From an uncultured Veillonellaceae bacterium (GTDB lineage: Bacteria; Bacillota; Negativicutes; JARBTT01): 64,000 nucleotides of DNA. The notes under the pieces are model-generated. The model worked only from the letters and a program-made list of their open reading frames with translations, was not told the DNA's origin and searched no databases. Both the position numbers and the translations under genes were made by a program. Below, in pieces: positions 48,177 through 58,391 of the stretch. The stretch is from assembly GCA_963805085.1 (NCBI GenBank), contig CAWDTA010000002.1, positions 1,184,001 through 1,248,000 of the forward strand, given 5' to 3'. Position 1 is the stretch's first letter. Each line of letters starts with the position of its first letter.

Positions 48177-51100
48177 TTATGACCTCCAAGTTGAGGGGGG
48201 GATATTCCGACAATTTTCATAGGATGGTTTGGCTTTCTGCCAAACGGCATACATAACTGGTAAGACGAGCAGTGTCAATACAGTAGCAACAAACAGACCA
48301 GCCCCGATTGCCACAGCTAGAGGTCCCCAAAATAAATTGGAAACTAATGGAATCATCGCTAAAATAGCAGCGGCTGCCGTTAGTAAAATGGGACGCAGCC
48401 GGGTTATCGTAGCATTGATGATGGAATCCCACATGCTTTCACCAGCAGAGAGGTGTTGTTCAATTTGATCCATTAGAATCACTGAATTACGCATAATAAT
48501 TCCGGATAATGCCAGCATTCCAAGCTGTACAACAAAGCCCATAGGTTTACCTGTTAAAAAGAGACCAACGGCAACCCCGATGATACCTAAAGGTGCTGTC
48601 AATAATGTTAAGATCATTTTTGATATGCTTTGTAGCTGGAACATCAAGAGAACCATGATGATGATCATCATTGCTGGTATAGGCGCAAGTAGTAATTTAG
48701 TCGCTTTGATACTTTCCTCTGTTGCTCCATCATATTTGATAATATAGCCAGCAGGCAGACTTTCACGTAGTTCATGGAGATCTTTGTAAATTTGGCGAGT
48801 AACATCATCACCAGATACACCTGCTTTTGTTTCTGCTCGTACGGTAATCGTTGGGGTCAGATCACGACGATGAATTAACCCATCTTCAGTTTCAAAGCTG
48901 ATTTTAGCAATTTGATCGAGGGGAACATATTTGCCGTTTCCAATATGAATAGAAAGGTTTTTAATTTGTGCAGGGTCATTTCTAGAAGCAGCATTAAAAC
49001 GAAAAACTAATGGAACGGTTTTATCGGCTTCGCGAAACTCAGTAATGCTTGTTCCAGACAATTGACTTTGGAGTGTTGATGCTAAAGCCTGAGATGTGAT
49101 GCCTAGAATACGTGCTTTGTCTTGATCAACTGATAAATGCATAATTTTACTTTTTTCATTCCAGTTCATGTTGACATTTTTAGTATCGGCACGCGCTGCT
49201 ATGACTTCTTTGACCTCTTTAGCAATCTCACGCACTTTATCATGATCATAGCCTTCTATGCGAAGCATAACTGGATAATCGGCAGAACTGCCAGTGCTGA
49301 TTACTTTTGTGTGTACCTGTACACTAGGAAAATCTTCATCTAACAATTTTGTCAGTTTGGTATGGAGCTGGTTGCGGGCGTTCGTATCTTTAGCCACGAT
49401 AACAAATTCAGCAAAGTTGGTTTTATTGAACGTAGGATCAAACGTTAGAACAAAACGAGGCGCTCCTTCCCCGACATGGTAGGTATAGTAGTCAATCAGT
49501 GTATCGTCCTTTAGCCTTTGGGCAAACTCGCTAGCAATTGTTTCGGCATTCTTTAGAGAAGCTCCATCCTGTAATTGTAGTTGTACAATAAGCTCAGAAC
49601 GAGTAGAAGTAGGAAAATACTCTTCTTTGAGTGATCCTAAGAGCCCTATAGAGGCAATAAACAAAACGACTGTAACGGTTAGTACGATTTTACTATGGGT
49701 AAGACACCAGATCAATGTTTGTTTAAAGCTGCGATATAATTTTGTATCGTAGACGTGGTGCTCTGGATCTTTTTTTGTATTGGACGGTATTTTGATAAAT
49801 AGATAACCAAAGAGTGGCGTTACCATAGCGGCAACTACCCAAGAAGTGAGCAAAGCGATTGTGATTACTGAAAAAAGGGTAGAACAAAATTCGGAGGCAC
49901 TGCCTTGGGCAAATCCTACAGGAATAAAACCAGCGCAAGTAATGAGGGTTCCTGTCAGCATCGGAAATGCAGTAGCACTATAGGCATAGGCAGCGGCACT
50001 CAACCGATCTAGACCTTGCTCCAATTTTACAGCCATCATTTCAATAACAATCATCGCATCGTCGACGAGGAGTCCAAGGGCGATGATGAGTGCACCAAGT
50101 GATACACGCTGCAATTCGATATTCATCAAATACATGATCGTAAAAACGATAGCCAGAACAAGTGGAATGCAAAGTGCGACGACAAAGCCAGAACGTGTGC
50201 CTAGACTAACCAAACTTACAATAAAAATAATGATAATCGCTTCCACAAGTGATTTTACAAATTCGTTAATGGAAGTTTCTACGATGTTGGGCTGATTTAC
50301 GGTTTGGTGGAGTTCTAATCCAGCGGGCAGCTCTTTCTTTATTTTTGCAACGGTTGCATCAAGATTATTTCCTAGCATGAGAATATTGTCCCCAGGCTCC
50401 ATGGCAATTGCAATCCCTAGGGCGGGTTGACCATTATAAAAAAATTTGGGATCCGTCGGTTCGGCATACGAACGCGTGATTTTGGCGATATCTCCTAAGC
50501 GAAAGGTTCGTCCGTTGGCTGCGATAGGCGTGGCTCGAAGGTCTTCTAGCTGTTCAAACATTCCAGTTATGCGTAGGTATACGTTATCTGTTTCCGTTTC
50601 AAGCATGCCAGTGGCAGACATCGCATTTTGCGCTTGCAGGGTGCTGGTAATTAGCGCAGGGTCAATTCCCAGCTGTGCCATTTTGCTATTTTCAACTTCA
50701 ATATAAATGTTTTCCATTTGTGCGCCTAAGAGTTGCACTTTTTTTACACTAGGGACGCTTAGAAAAATGCGACGGATTTTTTCCGCCTTTTCCCGCATTT
50801 CTTCATACGTATAGCCATCGCTGGTAAGTGCGTAAACGATGCCATATACTTCATCAAAGCGGTCATTAAACTGTGGTGATTGTACCCCTGCTGGTAAAGT
50901 TCCCGCCATGTCGTTTACCATATTGCGCGCTTCTAGCCATTTTGCGCGAATGTCTTTTTTCGGTACGGTATCTTTTAAGTTAACGTAAATAATCGCTTGG
51001 CCAGGCGTAGAATAGCTTTGCAGATAATCTAGTCCGGGTAAATCCTGTAGTTTCTTTTCTACTTTGTCAGTGACTTGTTCTTCCATTTGGCGTGCGGTAG

Positions 51101-51269
51101 CTCCTGGCCAACTTACACTAACGACCATTTGTTTGATGGTGAAGTCGGGATCCTCCATACGCCCTAAGTTTATGTAAGAGAATAAGCCTGTCATAAAAAA
51201 AAGCGCGATGAAAAAATAGATGAATTGTTTATGATGTAGTGCCCATGAAGCTAAGTTGAAATTTTTCAT
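48177..51269 (-). CDS. RND efflux permease (AcrB/AcrD/AcrF family)
   Basis: GRMEDP, GLLVDDAM, GIIMRNS, RLRPILLT; 1030 aa. Confidence 0.95.
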   Translation of the reverse strand: MKNFNLASWALHHKQFIYFFIALFFMTGLFSYINLGRMEDPDFTIKQMVVSVSWPGATARQMEEQVTDKVEKKLQDLPGLDYLQSYSTPGQAIIYVNLKDTVPKKDIRAKWLEARNMVNDMAGTLPAGVQSPQFNDRFDEVYGIVYALTSDGYTYEEMREKAEKIRRIFLSVPSVKKVQLLGAQMENIYIEVENSKMAQLGIDPALITSTLQAQNAMSATGMLETETDNVYLRITGMFEQLEDLRATPIAANGRTFRLGDIAKITRSYAEPTDPKFFYNGQPALGIAIAMEPGDNILMLGNNLDATVAKIKKELPAGLELHQTVNQPNIVETSINEFVKSLVEAIIIIFIVSLVSLGTRSGFVVALCIPLVLAIVFTIMYLMNIELQRVSLGALIIALGLLVDDAMIVIEMMAVKLEQGLDRLSAAAYAYSATAFPMLTGTLITCAGFIPVGFAQGSASEFCSTLFSVITIALLTSWVVAAMVTPLFGYLFIKIPSNTKKDPEHHVYDTKLYRSFKQTLIWCLTHSKIVLTVTVVLFIASIGLLGSLKEEYFPTSTRSELIVQLQLQDGASLKNAETIASEFAQRLKDDTLIDYYTYHVGEGAPRFVLTFDPTFNKTNFAEFVIVAKDTNARNQLHTKLTKLLDEDFPSVQVHTKVISTGSSADYPVMLRIEGYDHDKVREIAKEVKEVIAARADTKNVNMNWNEKSKIMHLSVDQDKARILGITSQALASTLQSQLSGTSITEFREADKTVPLVFRFNAASRNDPAQIKNLSIHIGNGKYVPLDQIAKISFETEDGLIHRRDLTPTITVRAETKAGVSGDDVTRQIYKDLHELRESLPAGYIIKYDGATEESIKATKLLLAPIPAMMIIIMVLLMFQLQSISKMILTLLTAPLGIIGVAVGLFLTGKPMGFVVQLGMLALSGIIMRNSVILMDQIEQHLSAGESMWDSIINATITRLRPILLTAAAAILAMIPLVSNLFWGPLAVAIGAGLFVATVLTLLVLPVMYAVWQKAKPSYENCRNIPPSTWRS

Positions 51270-52387
51270 CAGGAATCACCGCCTATTTTCACTTTTTGCC
51301 CTTCTTTGAGTTTATGTACGCCAGCCGTGACAATGCAGTCACCCTGTTTAATACCACTGAGTACTTCAATCGTTCCATTGCCAAATTTACCAGTCGTTAT
51401 TGGTTCTAAGGTCAGCATGTCATTTTTTACGAGCCAAACAGCAGGCAGTTTACCATCTTGATAAACAGCAGAGAGCGGAATATTTACGGTCAATTGCGCA
51501 GTATTGTCAGGCAATTGAATCGCGGAGGTCATACCGAGTTTTATTTCTGGTGGTGGATTCATTAGACTGATACGCACTTTAAAGGTACGCGTATTTTGAT
51601 CGGCCATAGGCGCGATTTCTCTTATTTTACCGTCTACAATTACATTCGGAAGTGCCCAAAAGCTTGCTTTGATTTGTTCGGCGTTACGCAGTTCATTTAG
51701 ACGATTTTCAGGAACGTTGATTTCGATTTCTCGTTCGTCATCTTGTACTATAGTGACAACTGCTTGTCCTGCACTCACCACTTGTCCCATTTCAGCGGTG
51801 ATACTAGACACGACACCGGCTTTGTCGGCTCTAAGCACTGTATAATCTAGTTGGTTAGCGCCTTGGCTGTATTGTGATGAAGCTTGATTTACATTGGCGA
51901 TTGCTACATTGTAGGCATTTACATATTGATCATACATCGATTGACTAATTGCACCTTGGGATAATAGTTGTCTATAGCGCGAGAGATTGCTTTCTGCTAA
52001 GGACAACTGTGATTGAGCAGAAGCGACTTGGGCAGAATTACTGTTTACCGTTTGTTGAATATCTTTGGCATCAATCTGCATTAAAACGTCGCCTGCACTC
52101 ACTTTACTGCCCAGTTCTACGCTCCGTTTAATGATTTTTCCAGTGACTTGGAACGCCAGTTGCGTTTCATAACGACCGCGTACTTCGCCAGAATAGGTAT
52201 AGTTTTGTGCATTTTCCCCAGTTTGAATTGTAAGTGTGCGTACGCTCACACGATCATCAGCTGGGATAGCTGCTTTATTTTTTTCATGAAAGACAATGCC
52301 TGTCACTAGGCATAAGCCGACTATGGCAGCTAAGATATAATACCATTGTTTTTTTTTGAGTTCTGTTAATAAATGTAGTAGGTTCAT
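51269..52387 (-). CDS. RND periplasmic adaptor (membrane fusion protein)
   Basis: N-terminal TM, lipoyl/hairpin segments, TRTF, G..IV.AGVHKL.EGQKV. Confidence 0.93.
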   Translation of the reverse strand: MNLLHLLTELKKKQWYYILAAIVGLCLVTGIVFHEKNKAAIPADDRVSVRTLTIQTGENAQNYTYSGEVRGRYETQLAFQVTGKIIKRSVELGSKVSAGDVLMQIDAKDIQQTVNSNSAQVASAQSQLSLAESNLSRYRQLLSQGAISQSMYDQYVNAYNVAIANVNQASSQYSQGANQLDYTVLRADKAGVVSSITAEMGQVVSAGQAVVTIVQDDEREIEINVPENRLNELRNAEQIKASFWALPNVIVDGKIREIAPMADQNTRTFKVRISLMNPPPEIKLGMTSAIQLPDNTAQLTVNIPLSAVYQDGKLPAVWLVKNDMLTLEPITTGKFGNGTIEVLSGIKQGDCIVTAGVHKLKEGQKVKIGGDS

Positions 52388-52408
52388 GATTTTGCTCCTT
52401 CACTTTTT

Positions 52409-52433
52409 ATTAATTGAATTACGTTCAATTAAT
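52409..52433. promoter_or_regulatory. TetR operator upstream of MFP
   Basis: ATTAATTGAA-N5-TTCAATTAAT dyad. Confidence 0.75.
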
Positions 52434-52509
52434 TTGTCTAAAAAAACCGCTCGTCTAAAACTAATGTTTAGAGGCGGGAGTTTTCTTAGTCTTTTTTTCG
52501 TTCGTTGTT

Positions 52510-53124
52510 TTATAGTGTGAGATGAATTGTGTTTTCCTTTGTGCCTAGTGCTTTTTCAATCAGTGATTCTGCCATCCTCAAACGAAAAGATAAAATATCT
52601 TCAGAAGTTTTTTGATATAATGCTTCACTTAAAAAATCTAAAATAGCATGGATATAATCTACAGCCGTTGGCGGATGAGATACGCAAAAGATTTGAGTAG
52701 ATATACCTTCTTCTATAATTTTTAGCAGCCGGGGCGCAAGCGATACTTCGATTTGGCAAAATAACTTGAGCTTAAGATGTAAATTTTGCTCATCGTAGAG
52801 CATATTAAGCAGTAATCCGTCTTTGTAACCAGCCTTGCATAGTACGCTAGAAATCGTTAAAGATAGTTTTTCTGCGGGAGAATGGTCAAGGCGAATGATC
52901 ATTTGGATTTCTGCCATCAAGGAAGAAACGTGCCGAATCAGCAGAGTTTCTAAAATTTCTTCTTTTGATTTGAAGTAATAATAAAGCATCCCCTGTGCGG
53001 TCCCCATTTTTTTTGCGATATCGCTAATGGTAGTTGCTTGGTAGCCTTTGGTGAAAAATAAGTGATCGGCAACATCTAAGATTTCATTGATTCGAATTTG
53101 CGGGTCTTGTGGAGTTCTAGCCAT
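52510..53124 (-). CDS. TetR/AcrR family regulator
   Basis: LF..KGY..TTISDIA..G...G.LYYYFKSKEE. Confidence 0.93.
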   Translation of the reverse strand: MARTPQDPQIRINEILDVADHLFFTKGYQATTISDIAKKMGTAQGMLYYYFKSKEEILETLLIRHVSSLMAEIQMIIRLDHSPAEKLSLTISSVLCKAGYKDGLLLNMLYDEQNLHLKLKLFCQIEVSLAPRLLKIIEEGISTQIFCVSHPPTAVDYIHAILDFLSEALYQKTSEDILSFRLRMAESLIEKALGTKENTIHLTL

Positions 53125-53137
53125 TTATACATCCCTC

Positions 53138-53170
53138 ATTTATAATTTGAACTATATTCAAATTATAAAT
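53138..53170. promoter_or_regulatory. TetR autoregulatory operator
   Basis: ATTTATAATTTGAA-N5-TTCAAATTATAAAT dyad with the same TTGAA-N5-TTCAA core. Confidence 0.78.
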
Positions 53171-53446
53171 CATGCAAGAAAATAATGTCAAGAATAATTT
53201 TTTTATGGAAGATTTTCTTGGATTTTGACAGAACAATAATTGATAGCTTATACGTCTAAATCTGCTTGTATCGTGAAATTTTAGCAATAGCCAAGAGCAA
53301 ACAATTGTTGACCTTTTTTCATTACAACGGTATGATGGAAATAATATGTAGCAAAGGTGCTATCTGAATTGAAAGATTGGATAGTACCTTTTTTAATAGG
53401 AAAATATATTGGAAAGATAGTTTTTTATGGGGTCGGAGGAGAAAGA

Positions 53447-54724
53447 ATGAAAAATGAACAAATTGTTGAAGCGATGAAAAAAGGGTTAGTGATAGCGACT
53501 GGTTGTACGGAGCCGGTGGCAATTGCTTATGCAGGCGCTGTGGCGAGTAGTCATGTAGAAGGTCCAATTGAACATATTAAGCTGGTTACGAGTGCGAATA
53601 TTATCAAAAATGCATTTGTCGTAGGAATTCCAGGGACGGATTTAACTGGATTGAAATACGCTGTTGCCATTGGCTGTATGTGTACGGAGCCTGAAAAGAA
53701 ATTGGCTGTACTGGAAGGTTTAGCAGAAAGCCAAATAGAAATGGCAAAACAACTGGTAGAAGTGAATAAGGTAGAACTAGCTAAGTCGGAATTACCTTAT
53801 AAGTTATACATAGAAGTGACTGTAAAAACGAAAGCAGACGTTGTAACCGTAACGATCATCGGTTCGCATACGAACGTGACGAAGATTGTTAAGAATGGTA
53901 AGACCAAGTATAACGGTGGCTGTGGCAGTAGTTTGGAAGAAAAAGAAGCAGCGGAATATTCTTTTGATTTAAAGGATGTTTACGAATATTGTCTAAATGT
54001 CGAGGTAAAAGAATTGGGCTTAATAAAAACGGCGATTGAACTCAATTCGAAGATTTCCGAGGAGGGTCTAGAGGAACAATATGGCTTAGAAGTTGGTAGG
54101 ATGATTCAGGCAAATATACACAAGAAAATTCTTGCCGATGATATGACCAACTATGCAATGATGATTACTGCCGCAGCAAGTGATGCGCGGATGGCGGGAC
54201 TTAGCCTACCGGTGATGAGTAATTCGGGTAGTGGAAATCAAGGCATCGCCGCAACGATGCCAGTGGTCGCCGTGTGGAAAAAGTTAGAATCTAAAGATGA
54301 GACACAATTGCTCCGTGCCTGTGCGCTTAGCAATTTAGCGACGATTTATATCAAACAAAAATTTGGTATCTTATCGGCGTTATGTGGTGCGGTAGTAGCG
54401 GCTTCTGGGGCAGCTTGTGGTATTACATACTTACTGGGCGGAACGTTCGAGCAAATTGAAAATTCTATCCACAATACACTAGGAAATGTTGCTGGTATGG
54501 TTTGTGATGGCGCAAAATCGAGCTGTGCCCTTAAAATTTCTACTTGTACGAACGCTGCAATGCAAGCATCACTGCTGGCTCTCAGTGATCTAAGGATAAA
54601 ACCCAATGAAGGTATTGTAGAGCAATTAAGCGAAAAAACAATTGATAATTTTGCAATACTTGGTAATGAGGGTAGTGAAAATATCGATAAACTTATTTTA
54701 GATATGATTATTCATAAAGAATAG
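53447..54724 (+). CDS. L-cysteine desulfidase / serine dehydratase alpha-like (YhaM/CyuA/CdsB family)
   Basis: GCTEP, SDARM.G, SGSGNQG, LSALCG, CDGAK.SCALK. Confidence 0.88.
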   Translation: MKNEQIVEAMKKGLVIATGCTEPVAIAYAGAVASSHVEGPIEHIKLVTSANIIKNAFVVGIPGTDLTGLKYAVAIGCMCTEPEKKLAVLEGLAESQIEMAKQLVEVNKVELAKSELPYKLYIEVTVKTKADVVTVTIIGSHTNVTKIVKNGKTKYNGGCGSSLEEKEAAEYSFDLKDVYEYCLNVEVKELGLIKTAIELNSKISEEGLEEQYGLEVGRMIQANIHKKILADDMTNYAMMITAAASDARMAGLSLPVMSNSGSGNQGIAATMPVVAVWKKLESKDETQLLRACALSNLATIYIKQKFGILSALCGAVVAASGAACGITYLLGGTFEQIENSIHNTLGNVAGMVCDGAKSSCALKISTCTNAAMQASLLALSDLRIKPNEGIVEQLSEKTIDNFAILGNEGSENIDKLILDMIIHKE

Positions 54725-54730
54725 AAGATA

Positions 54731-54771
54731 AAAATGTGATAGGCTGCTTTGGTAGCAACCTATCACATTTT
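54731..54771. terminator. Bidirectional terminator
   Basis: AAAATGTGATAGG.TGC/GCA.CCTATCACATTTT. Confidence 0.7.
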
Positions 54772-54776
54772 CTTGA

Positions 54777-55709
54777 CTATTTTAAAATGATCAGCATATT
54801 GGCAAATTCACAGTCGTTGTTGCTCATGGAGATTAAGCGCTGGTTAACTAAATCTATCACCGATAAATCAGCAAACATATTGCTTGTGGCGATTGCAAAA
54901 TTGGGGTTAGGCAACAGATATAGATTGGTGATAGAACGCCCGATAGAAAAAGCGCCACTGATACTGTTGCTCGTTAAGTCTATGATGGTTAAAGAGGAAC
55001 TATCTTCGTTGACTATGTAAGCGGTGTTGGTGCTAGGATTGATGGTGATATTGCAAGGATAGGCACGAAGCGCTTTTACTGATTGTGATGATTGGAAACT
55101 AAGATAAATTGGCAGGTTATCCTTAGTAAAAATTGCTACCCCTTCGCCATGTACTAGGCTTTCGGTAAACGGAACGAGTATTTTCTCTTGATAAACGCAA
55201 ATGTTTGTTGGAACGCCTTCCAGTTGATATTCTGCTAAGAAGTCGCCATTTGTTTTAAGAACAGCAATACTACCATTTTCCTTTGTTTCCCAAGCGGTAT
55301 AAATTTTATCATCGGCAAAGGCGATTCCAACGCAACTGGCGTCATCGGGCTGACCGATTGGGGTAATCGTTAGTGCCGTCATATCTAAACAATATAAAAT
55401 TGATTTGTCATCGATAAAATAAGCAAAATTGAAAGCCGATGAGATAGCGCATTGAAGTGGCGCAGGAAATTCAATTGGTAGGCGATATATTTTAGGGGTT
55501 GTTACATTTATGTTAAATAAAGAGCCCTTATTACCATTTTTCGTGATTAGACAAGCTTTTTGTTGTTCACTGTTATATTCCAAAACAACCGGAATTTCCT
55601 GTTCAGGATAGCTAAGTTGGGCAAAAATAGCGGCGTTTCGCTGGTCGATAAACAGTAACATGTCTTTCAAAAGGTCAATGATAATCATTTTATAAATAAA
55701 CCACTCCAT
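54777..55709 (-). CDS. YncE/YVTN-like beta-propeller protein
   Basis: AYIVNEDSSSLTIIDL and ADLSVIDL blade motifs; GAGGTG RBS. Confidence 0.7.
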   Translation of the reverse strand: MEWFIYKMIIIDLLKDMLLFIDQRNAAIFAQLSYPEQEIPVVLEYNSEQQKACLITKNGNKGSLFNINVTTPKIYRLPIEFPAPLQCAISSAFNFAYFIDDKSILYCLDMTALTITPIGQPDDASCVGIAFADDKIYTAWETKENGSIAVLKTNGDFLAEYQLEGVPTNICVYQEKILVPFTESLVHGEGVAIFTKDNLPIYLSFQSSQSVKALRAYPCNITINPSTNTAYIVNEDSSSLTIIDLTSNSISGAFSIGRSITNLYLLPNPNFAIATSNMFADLSVIDLVNQRLISMSNNDCEFANMLIILK

Positions 55710-55834
55710 GTGTTTCACCTCTTCTTTCAATTCACAATACTAGTATATTCATGAAATGTTTATTTTGCTTATTAGAATAAAGGTCTTTTTTCTGGTATAA
55801 TTCTAATTGAAGAAAATAGTTTGGAGGCTTTATC

Positions 55835-57007
55835 ATGACAAAGTCTAGGTTGTGGGTGAGTCATACAGAGGCAGTACTGTGTATTATGTTTATGTTGATT
55901 TTAATTGGTACTGTTAATGTTTTTAGTGCAAGTTTCGTAAAAGCCGGTATGGAGTATAACAATACCTATTATTTCTTGAATCGTCATTTGATATCGTTGG
56001 GAATCGGCTTTGTCTGTATGATCTTGACCATTAAATTTGATTATAGAAGGTGGCGGAAGCTCATTCCCTTTATATTATTGGCTACGATTGCGGCTTTGAT
56101 CGCAGTTCATGTTGCAGGGGTCGAAATCAATGGTTCACGGCGGTGGTTAAATATTGGGATGCAGTTCCAGCCATCGGAACTCGCTAAGTTAGCGACAATC
56201 TTATTTATGGCTGCTTATTTGGGCCCTAAAATTGATCGGCAAGCAAAAATTTCGATGTTCACCAAACAGATGGGGATTATTGCGGCTATGGGATTTCTTG
56301 TGTATCGTCAGCCAGATCTAGGAACGGCTGCGATCATTGTCGGGATTGCGTTTTTCTTACATATCCTTGCGGGTATGCATAAAGAAGAGGCGATTTTATT
56401 ATCCTTATTAGCGCTAACGGTCGCTGTTGCTCTAACCTTTTCAGCCTCTTATCGAGCCGAACGTGTTTGGGCATGGTTTGATCCGTGGGCGTATCAAGGC
56501 GACAAGGGGTATCAGACAGTGCAATCGATTATTGCCATCGGTTCGGGTGGCTTTTTTGGCGAAGGTCTTGGCATGGGGACAAGTAAATTTTATTATCTGC
56601 CAGAAGCACATACGGACTTTGCTTTTGCGATTTTATGCCAAGAAATGGGCTTTGTTGGTGCAATGGGAGTGTTTGTTTTACTTGCCGCCTTGGCCTTTTA
56701 CAGTGGTAAAATTGCTAGGCAAGCACAAGATGGGTTCGGTAAGATGCTCGTCATTGGAATTACGATTTTAGTCGTTGGCCAAGGCATTGCGAATATCGCC
56801 ATGGTTTCGGGAATTTTACCCGTCATTGGGGTGCCGTTGCCTTTTATTAGCTATGGTGGTACTTCACTTATTATTAATATGGTCGCTGTTGGCATTTTAG
56901 TCAATGTTGGTAGGCAAGCGGCAAAAAAAACATTGCCAGGACCAAATGGCGGAGAAAAGAATGCTGTTCCAAAACGTACATTCAAATTAATGCGCAAGGG
57001 CGCATAA
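55835..57007 (+). CDS. ftsW: SEDS family peptidoglycan glycosyltransferase (FtsW/SpoVE)
   Basis: GSRRW, QPSELAK, QPDLG, GYQ..QS, PEAHTDF, LPFISYGG. Confidence 0.9.
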   Translation: MTKSRLWVSHTEAVLCIMFMLILIGTVNVFSASFVKAGMEYNNTYYFLNRHLISLGIGFVCMILTIKFDYRRWRKLIPFILLATIAALIAVHVAGVEINGSRRWLNIGMQFQPSELAKLATILFMAAYLGPKIDRQAKISMFTKQMGIIAAMGFLVYRQPDLGTAAIIVGIAFFLHILAGMHKEEAILLSLLALTVAVALTFSASYRAERVWAWFDPWAYQGDKGYQTVQSIIAIGSGGFFGEGLGMGTSKFYYLPEAHTDFAFAILCQEMGFVGAMGVFVLLAALAFYSGKIARQAQDGFGKMLVIGITILVVGQGIANIAMVSGILPVIGVPLPFISYGGTSLIINMVAVGILVNVGRQAAKKTLPGPNGGEKNAVPKRTFKLMRKGA

Positions 57008-57017
57008 GAACATAGTT

Positions 57018-57060
57018 TAGAGGCTATCGTAATGTTATTTACGATAGTCTCTATTTTTTA
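57018..57060 (+). terminator. Terminator after the ftsW-like gene
   Basis: TAGAGGCTATCGTAA/TTACGATAGTCTCTA plus T-run. Confidence 0.75.
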
Positions 57061-57132
57061 TTGCTTTAAAAAGTAACACAACGAGCGAACTTCACATAAA
57101 ATATACTAGCTTAGGAGAGAAGAGGTGGTAAT

Positions 57133-57339
57133 GTGTTTATGGAAGAAGAAATGCGCCCTTGTATTGATCAATGTGATGATAGTGAACACATGATGAAACA
57201 TGGTATGAGCTCGCGTAAAATATTAGCTCATACCTATATGCTATGGCAAACTTATGATAAAGCATTTAGTCCAAAGGAAGCTTTGTCAAAAGGAACATTA
57301 TTCCCAGAGTTATGGGGTGTATATAGAATTCCAAAATGA
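57133..57339 (+). CDS. cotJA: Spore coat-associated protein CotJA
   Basis: LA..Y...Q....FSP.EAL.KGTLFPEL. Confidence 0.85.
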   Translation: MFMEEEMRPCIDQCDDSEHMMKHGMSSRKILAHTYMLWQTYDKAFSPKEALSKGTLFPELWGVYRIPK

Positions 57340-57357
57340 GAAATGAGGTGATTTATA

Positions 57358-57615
57358 ATGGGGTGTGAAAAGCAAGCAGAAATGCTTGTGAAAATTCAAG
57401 AAATGGAGTTTATCGCAATTGAGCTTAATTTATATTTAGATACACATCCGTGTGATAGTGAAGCAATCAATGATTATAATTGTGCGGTAGAAAGCTCACG
57501 AAAATTAGTACGAAAATATGAGGCTGAATATGGACCGCTTTACAATTTTGGATTGAGTGCAAATTGTGAGGATTCATGGCAATGGATTAACAGTCCGTGG
57601 CCCTGGGAAATATAG
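57358..57615 (+). CDS. cotJB: Spore coat protein CotJB
   Basis: ELNLYLDTHP.D, YGPL, W.W...PWPWE. Confidence 0.92.
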   Translation: MGCEKQAEMLVKIQEMEFIAIELNLYLDTHPCDSEAINDYNCAVESSRKLVRKYEAEYGPLYNFGLSANCEDSWQWINSPWPWEI

Positions 57616-57626
57616 GAGGAAGTCGA

Positions 57627-58250
57627 ATGTGGATTTATGAAAAAAAGTTAGAACGGCCGATGTGCGTTAGTTGCCCAGATGTTGCTTTTGCAAAACTTGT
57701 TCTTACACAATATGGCGGCCCAAACGGTGAACTATCAGCTTCTCTACAATATATTAATCAACGGTATTCTATGCCGACAAATAAAGCAAGAGCGGTTTTG
57801 ACTGATATTGGAACGGAAGAACTTGCTCATCAAGAAATGATTGCAACTCTAGTTTATAAATTGACAGAGGGGGCTAGTCCAAAAGATTTTGAAGCGGCTG
57901 GTTGGGCTGGCAAATGGACGCAGCATGGTTGTGGATTGTTCTGGCAAGATGCGAATGGTGTGCCATGGAGTGCAAAATATATTTCTTGTCTTGGTGATCC
58001 GATTGCCGATCTTACTGCAAATCTAGCAGCTGAACAAAATGCACGGGCAACTTACGAGCATTTAATAGCCCAGACCTGTGACCCGCATGTAAAAGATTCG
58101 CTGCGGTTTTTATGGCAACGGGAAATTGTGCATCTGCAACGCTTTGGCGAAGCGTTAAACGATATGGAAGAATGGATGTGCAAATGCAAGCGTGTTTGGA
58201 CGGGAACGCAGCAGGAAGAGGAAGAAGCTGATCTAGAAAACGAGGAATAA
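57627..58250 (+). CDS. cotJC: Manganese catalase family spore coat protein CotJC
   Basis: MWIYEKKL, QYGGP.GEL, DIGTEELAH, REIVH.QRF. Confidence 0.92.
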   Translation: MWIYEKKLERPMCVSCPDVAFAKLVLTQYGGPNGELSASLQYINQRYSMPTNKARAVLTDIGTEELAHQEMIATLVYKLTEGASPKDFEAAGWAGKWTQHGCGLFWQDANGVPWSAKYISCLGDPIADLTANLAAEQNARATYEHLIAQTCDPHVKDSLRFLWQREIVHLQRFGEALNDMEEWMCKCKRVWTGTQQEEEEADLENEE

Positions 58251-58391
58251 AGATAAAAAACCATACTTTCGTCCCTATTTTGCTAAGGTTTAGAAATAAG
58301 ACAGAATATTACTGTTTATTTGCTTCTTTATTATTGGTTTTGCTGTATAATGAAACTAATGATACTTATTGCAATATAGGGGGTAGCTTTG

